In this document: piece by piece, positions 60,401-64,000 of the stretch
How the letters are laid out: each line of letters begins with the position of its first letter
Numbering within the stretch: position 1 is the first letter of the stretch
Assembly (NCBI GenBank): GCA_046484755.1
Contig: JAWOII010000104.1
Location: forward strand, 1 to 64,000
Reading direction: 5' to 3'
Origin: Enhygromyxa sp.
GTDB lineage: Bacteria > Myxococcota_A > Polyangia > Nannocystales > Nannocystaceae
Length of the DNA stretch: 64,000 bases
Position numbers and translations under genes: made by a program
The notes under the pieces: generated by a model
Seen by the model: only the letters and a program-made list of their open reading frames with translations
What the model was told of the DNA's origin: nothing
The model's database searches: none

Positions 60401-60904
60401 GTGGCCGCAGTCATGATCGCGTGGATTCGAGACCAAGATTGTGCGGTCGCGCTCGACAGCCGCATGCACCCGGTGATGATCTCCTCCTGGTACGGAGTCG
60501 CCACGGTCGAGGTCGTCGATCAATTTTACGCCTGGTCCGACCGCACGACCGCCGAGGCGATGGCTGCCGAGCAACGCCTGATCCGCATCGCCGACCTCCG
60601 GCGGGCGCGGCCTCCGAGCGGGGCGGTCCGCAGGCGGGCCTTCGATCACAACCGCAACGACCTCGTCGGCGAGGTCGCGGTGGTCCGCATCGTGGTCCTC
60701 GACGATCCGATCCTTCGTAGCATCATCCACACCATGCGCCGGATCGGCGGCGGTCGGCGCTCGTCCGAGCTCGTGGTCGTCGACAAGATGAGCACCGCCA
60801 TCGAGCTGACCCTCGAGCGGCTCCGGGCCGAGCGGATTCCCCCGCCCCAGGGGCTCGATCCGGCCCACTACGAGCCGCCGCGCTGGATGCCGGGCTTGAC
60901 CTGA
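60401..60904 (+). CDS. Hypothetical protein
   Basis: 167 aa, GC3-biased; no domain recognised. Confidence 0.4.
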   Translation: MAAVMIAWIRDQDCAVALDSRMHPVMISSWYGVATVEVVDQFYAWSDRTTAEAMAAEQRLIRIADLRRARPPSGAVRRRAFDHNRNDLVGEVAVVRIVVLDDPILRSIIHTMRRIGGGRRSSELVVVDKMSTAIELTLERLRAERIPPPQGLDPAHYEPPRWMPGLT

Positions 60905-60926
60905 TCGCCGCTGCGCGCGAGTCGAG

Positions 60927-61952
60927 TCAGAACTCCCAGCCCAGGGTGCTGAGCGAGGCGTCGACCAGCGCCCCCATGGTCTGGCGGCGCTCGAAGCGCT
61001 TGTCGCGGTAGTGCTCGAGCAGCCCGGCCCGGAGCTGCTCGACCTGCTCGTCGGGGGCGAGCTCGTCGAGGCGCATGCAGTCGAGCAGCGCCCGCAGGCG
61101 CTCGCGCTCGGCCTTGGCCCGGTAGCGGATCAGCGCCCGCTCCTCTTGCTGGTATTGCCGGGTGGTCGCCGGCTCCATGCACTTCATCCCCAGCAGGACG
61201 ATCGGATTGTTCTCAATGTAGTAATTGGGCTGGTAGACCCGAATGCTGCCCTCGTAGCTTTGCTGGTCGAAGTCGATGGCCCGCAGTCGATAGCTGGTCT
61301 CGTCGAAGTCGGGGGTGATGTCGACCACGAAGTTGCCGGCGTGCATGTCCCCGAGCAGGCGGATGAAGCAGCGCTCGCAGAATTTGACGAACTCCTTGGC
61401 CAGCCGGACCTCGTCGAGGTGCTTGTCCTCGAGGTAGTCGCGCATGAACACGTCGCCGGGGATCCCGGCGATGTGGGCCTCGACCAGGGTCTCGCCGCAG
61501 CTCATGAATTCCAGGCGGTTGGGCGAGAGCACGTGCTCGAGCTCGAGCCCGTAGATCCGCGAGGCGTCGGCCCGCTTGACGTAGAAGTAGTCGAAGTTCT
61601 CGTTGAGGGTGTTGAGGATCCGGACCCGAAAGGGCTGGGTGTTGCCGTAGGAGCACACGTCGACCCGATCGGTGACCAGGTGCTGCATCAGCGAGGCGTC
61701 GCCGGCGATCTTCAAGGTCGCGTAGGTGTCGACCAGCGCCTTGTGGATGCGCTTGCGCTCGTGCGCCGGGTACAGCACCGACTCCCACAGGGTGTCGCGG
61801 CCCTGCTTGTCGTAGACCGGGATCGTGTCGCCGTAGGAGGTCAGATCGCCGTAGTGGATCGGCAGCGAGAGCTCGCGGTCGTGCTGGTCGAGGTAGGCGC
61901 GCAGCCGGTCGGAGACCGGGTAGGGCTGCTTCTTGCGCGAGATCATCGGCAC
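60927..61952 (-). CDS. Hypothetical protein with a protein-kinase-like / phosphotransferase motif
   Basis: LLGDMHAGNFVVD resembles the HGDxHxGN catalytic loop of atypical kinases (APH / ABC1-like). Confidence 0.45.
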   Translation of the reverse strand: MPMISRKKQPYPVSDRLRAYLDQHDRELSLPIHYGDLTSYGDTIPVYDKQGRDTLWESVLYPAHERKRIHKALVDTYATLKIAGDASLMQHLVTDRVDVCSYGNTQPFRVRILNTLNENFDYFYVKRADASRIYGLELEHVLSPNRLEFMSCGETLVEAHIAGIPGDVFMRDYLEDKHLDEVRLAKEFVKFCERCFIRLLGDMHAGNFVVDITPDFDETSYRLRAIDFDQQSYEGSIRVYQPNYYIENNPIVLLGMKCMEPATTRQYQQEERALIRYRAKAERERLRALLDCMRLDELAPDEQVEQLRAGLLEHYRDKRFERRQTMGALVDASLSTLGWEF

Positions 61953-62004
61953 GCCGGCGATGGTGGGCGATCCGCGACGCGATCGCCACCCGGCGCGGGT
62001 GGCA

Positions 62005-62043
62005 TGAAAAAGGCCGGTCCGCCCCGAGGGGTCGAACCGGCCT
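62005..62043 (-). terminator. Rho-independent terminator for the 62071..63540 lipoprotein gene
   Basis: The minus-strand read is GGCCGGT-N17-ACCGGCC followed by TTTTT (forward strand: aaaaaggccggt...accggcc). Confidence 0.6.
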
Positions 62044-62070
62044 TTCTTCGTGCGGCCTACGCCGCCGCGA

Positions 62071-63540
62071 TCAGGTCGGGTTGAGCTTGACCGAGCCGAT
62101 GTCGTAGGTCGAGCCTTCCTTCATCTCGACCGACATCTGCGGCGGCGAGTGCATCTGCCACTTGCCCGAGACTTCGACGGCGAGGGTGTAGGTGCCGATC
62201 GGCACGTTCTCGAAGGTGAACTCGCCCTTTTCGTTGGTGGTGCCGGCGAACTTGACCTTCGAGTCGAAGCAGGGCTGGCTGCCGCCCCACGAGGGCGAGG
62301 GGCACATCTCGATCTTCGAGTTGGCGACCGCGGTGCCCTCGACCAGGACCTTGCCGGTCACGCCGGCGGTGCGGACCTTGCCGGGGGCCGGGAGCGCGGG
62401 GCCGTTGCCGACCACGACCATGTCCTGCACGTAGCTGCCGACCAGCTCCATCACGGTGCTGCTCGGGTACTCGGTCGCGGTCTTGTCGGAGCCGACCACG
62501 CTGAGGCCCTCGCGCGAGGCGACCCAGGCCCGATCCTGCCCGTCGAGGGCGACCGCCTGCAGCTGCAGGCAGTTGTAGGCGCCCTTCTTGACGGTCCACT
62601 GGTCGCTGGGCTTGGCCGGGTCGACCCGGACCAGCTCGCAGGAGAGCGAGGCCGCGAGCACGTGGCCCTTGTTGTTGTAGGCCAAGTCGGCGCTGTAGGA
62701 GGCCCAGCCGCCCTCGGACTTGAAGTCGATCTTCTCGGGCTTCTCGGTGGTCAGCTTGACCAGCTGCTGGCCGTTGGTGACGAACACGTCGCCGGTCGGC
62801 GAGCTCGAGAGGTGCGAGAAGTAGAAGTACTCGCCGAGCGAGCTCAGATCGAGCGGGGTCCAGGTCCCGCCCTTGTTGTGCAGCAAGCTCTTGCTGGCCG
62901 AGACCCACAGGGTGTCGTCGCCAGCGATCGCGATGCCGGTCAGGCTGTCGATGTCGGCGTGGAGATCCTTGAGCTCGCTGGGGGCCCACTTGCCGTCCGC
63001 GAAGGTGCCGTACTTGCTGTAGCCGGCCGCGAACATCTTGGATCCGTCCTTGCTCGTGACCACGTGGCTGGCGCCCGAGAAGGTGTTGAAGTCGAACTTG
63101 GCGACGGTGGTCAGCGAGCTGCCGTCGATCTTCTTGACCGCCTCGAAGTCGACCACGTAGACGTTGCCGTCGGCGCCGAGGAACATCTTGTTGTAGTAGC
63201 CGCGCTTGTTCTCGTCGACCATCGACCAGCCGCTGGCGTCGAGCTTGGCGATGCCCTTGCTGTTGACCGCGATGTAGGCGACGCCGTCGCCACCCGAGGC
63301 CGTCGGGGTCGGGGTGGGAGCGGGGCCGTCGCCCTCGCCCTTGGCCTCGTCGGTCTTGCTCGCGTCGGCCTGCTTGGTGTCGTCACCAGGCGCGTCGGCG
63401 GCCTTCTTGTCGTCGGCCTTTTCGGTCTTGTCATCGGACTTGGCCTCGCCCTCGGCAGCCTTGTCCTTGTCGCACGCCGTGAAGGCGACGAGGGAGAGCG
63501 CGAGAGCGATGACCGGAACACGGGAGGCGGGGGTCGTCAT
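62071..63540 (-). CDS. Lys/Asp-rich lipoprotein with a C-terminal carboxypeptidase-regulatory-like (CarbopepD_reg) beta-sandwich domain
   Basis: Start ATG 63540 (MTTPASRVPVIALALSLVAFTAC). C-terminal block KGEFTFENVPIGTYTLAVEV. Confidence 0.6.
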   Translation of the reverse strand: MTTPASRVPVIALALSLVAFTACDKDKAAEGEAKSDDKTEKADDKKAADAPGDDTKQADASKTDEAKGEGDGPAPTPTPTASGGDGVAYIAVNSKGIAKLDASGWSMVDENKRGYYNKMFLGADGNVYVVDFEAVKKIDGSSLTTVAKFDFNTFSGASHVVTSKDGSKMFAAGYSKYGTFADGKWAPSELKDLHADIDSLTGIAIAGDDTLWVSASKSLLHNKGGTWTPLDLSSLGEYFYFSHLSSSPTGDVFVTNGQQLVKLTTEKPEKIDFKSEGGWASYSADLAYNNKGHVLAASLSCELVRVDPAKPSDQWTVKKGAYNCLQLQAVALDGQDRAWVASREGLSVVGSDKTATEYPSSTVMELVGSYVQDMVVVGNGPALPAPGKVRTAGVTGKVLVEGTAVANSKIEMCPSPSWGGSQPCFDSKVKFAGTTNEKGEFTFENVPIGTYTLAVEVSGKWQMHSPPQMSVEMKEGSTYDIGSVKLNPT

Positions 63541-63619
63541 ACTGGCGCGCAACATGCCAGACCCGGAGTCGGGCCAAAAGTCGGGTCCGCTCACATCCTT
63601 GTGACATCGACTTTTGGAT

Positions 63620-64000
63620 CTAGTTATTGGGCTCTCCGCTCGGCTCCGGTAATCGCTCGATCTTTGCGGCACAGGCCCGGACAATCGCATCCGCAGCGGC
63701 GAGGGCCTGACTCGCGGCCTCGTCCCTGCGAGCAGCGAGGCTGACTAAGCCGGTATGCGGCATTACCGGGATGGCGAGGAGTGTCCGGCATGCCTGCGCG
63801 TGCTCGGGGGCGAGCGGCTCGGGTGAGCTGGGTTTCGGCTCGGCGATCGCCCGGAGGTGCTCGACATAGCTGCGGCCCCAGATCGTCTCGCAGCGCTCGC
63901 GCGACCAACCGCGAGCGGCCATGGTCACGAGCACGCCGTTGAGCGCCATGCCGGCCGCTCGTCGGGCGTGGGTGATCGCCGTGCGGCGGGTGCTGATCCG
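63620..64000 (-). CDS. Hypothetical protein, possibly continuing beyond the window end
   Basis: GC3-biased frame, open from 64000 down to the stop at 63620. The listed ATG is at 63949 but there is no in-frame stop upstream of it within the window. Confidence 0.3.
   Translation of the reverse strand, partial: RISTRRTAITHARRAAGMALNGVLVTMAARGWSRERCETIWGRSYVEHLRAIAEPKPSSPEPLAPEHAQACRTLLAIPVMPHTGLVSLAARRDEAASQALAAADAIVRACAAKIERLPEPSGEPNN

Noticed and set aside
62050-63744. 564-aa plus ORF, and the 310-aa minus ORF at 62057..62989
   Set aside because: They are shadows of the Lys/Asp-rich lipoprotein gene (62071..63540 -).

Overview
This is a 64 kb window of very high-GC (about 70%) bacterial chromosome, and I read it as Myxococcota: one secreted protein ends in a MYXO-CTERM-type sorting signal (Cys motif, hydrophobic helix, Arg-rich tail), another carries a 'Myxococcus cysteine-rich repeat' (CGDGVVDPGEDCDDGN), an AgmX/PglI-type C-terminal domain is present, and lipoproteins are abundant. 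I call about 59 protein-coding genes at roughly 88% coding density. I found no rRNA, tRNA or CRISPR, and no canonical IS element.

Real genes show strong GC3 codon bias; almost every real gene has a long Arg/Gly/Ala-rich antisense or off-frame shadow ORF in the six-frame track, and I rejected those. Many true starts are internal to the listed ORFs, at ATG, GTG or TTG codons, several overlapping the upstream stop as ATGA, GTGA or TTGA. I counted coordinates by hand and they may be off by up to 3 nt.

Housekeeping content: enolase; a homoserine dehydrogenase / thioesterase / GlpX operon; malic enzyme MaeB; Fe/Mn superoxide dismutase; L28; QueD; TtcA / YjbQ / DUF1244; a MoaD-MoaE fusion; a sigma-54 activator; an ECF sigma factor; ClpP.

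Accessory and uncharacterised content, most interesting first:
- A major-vault-protein (MVP) homologue running off the 5' edge of the window, next to a divergent Hanks kinase with a polytopic membrane tail.
- A translationally coupled operon of a geranylgeranyl-reductase-like flavoprotein, a UbiA prenyltransferase and two large polytopic membrane proteins.
- An ECF-sigma-linked run of an Rnl2-like RNA ligase, NADAR/YbiA, an orphan ClpP and a PEBP protein.
- The DUF1501 + DUF1549/DUF1553 pair.
- Tandem CxxCH lipoprotein paralogs.
- Many secreted proteins carrying (Gly-Asp)n linkers encoded by hexanucleotide microsatellites.
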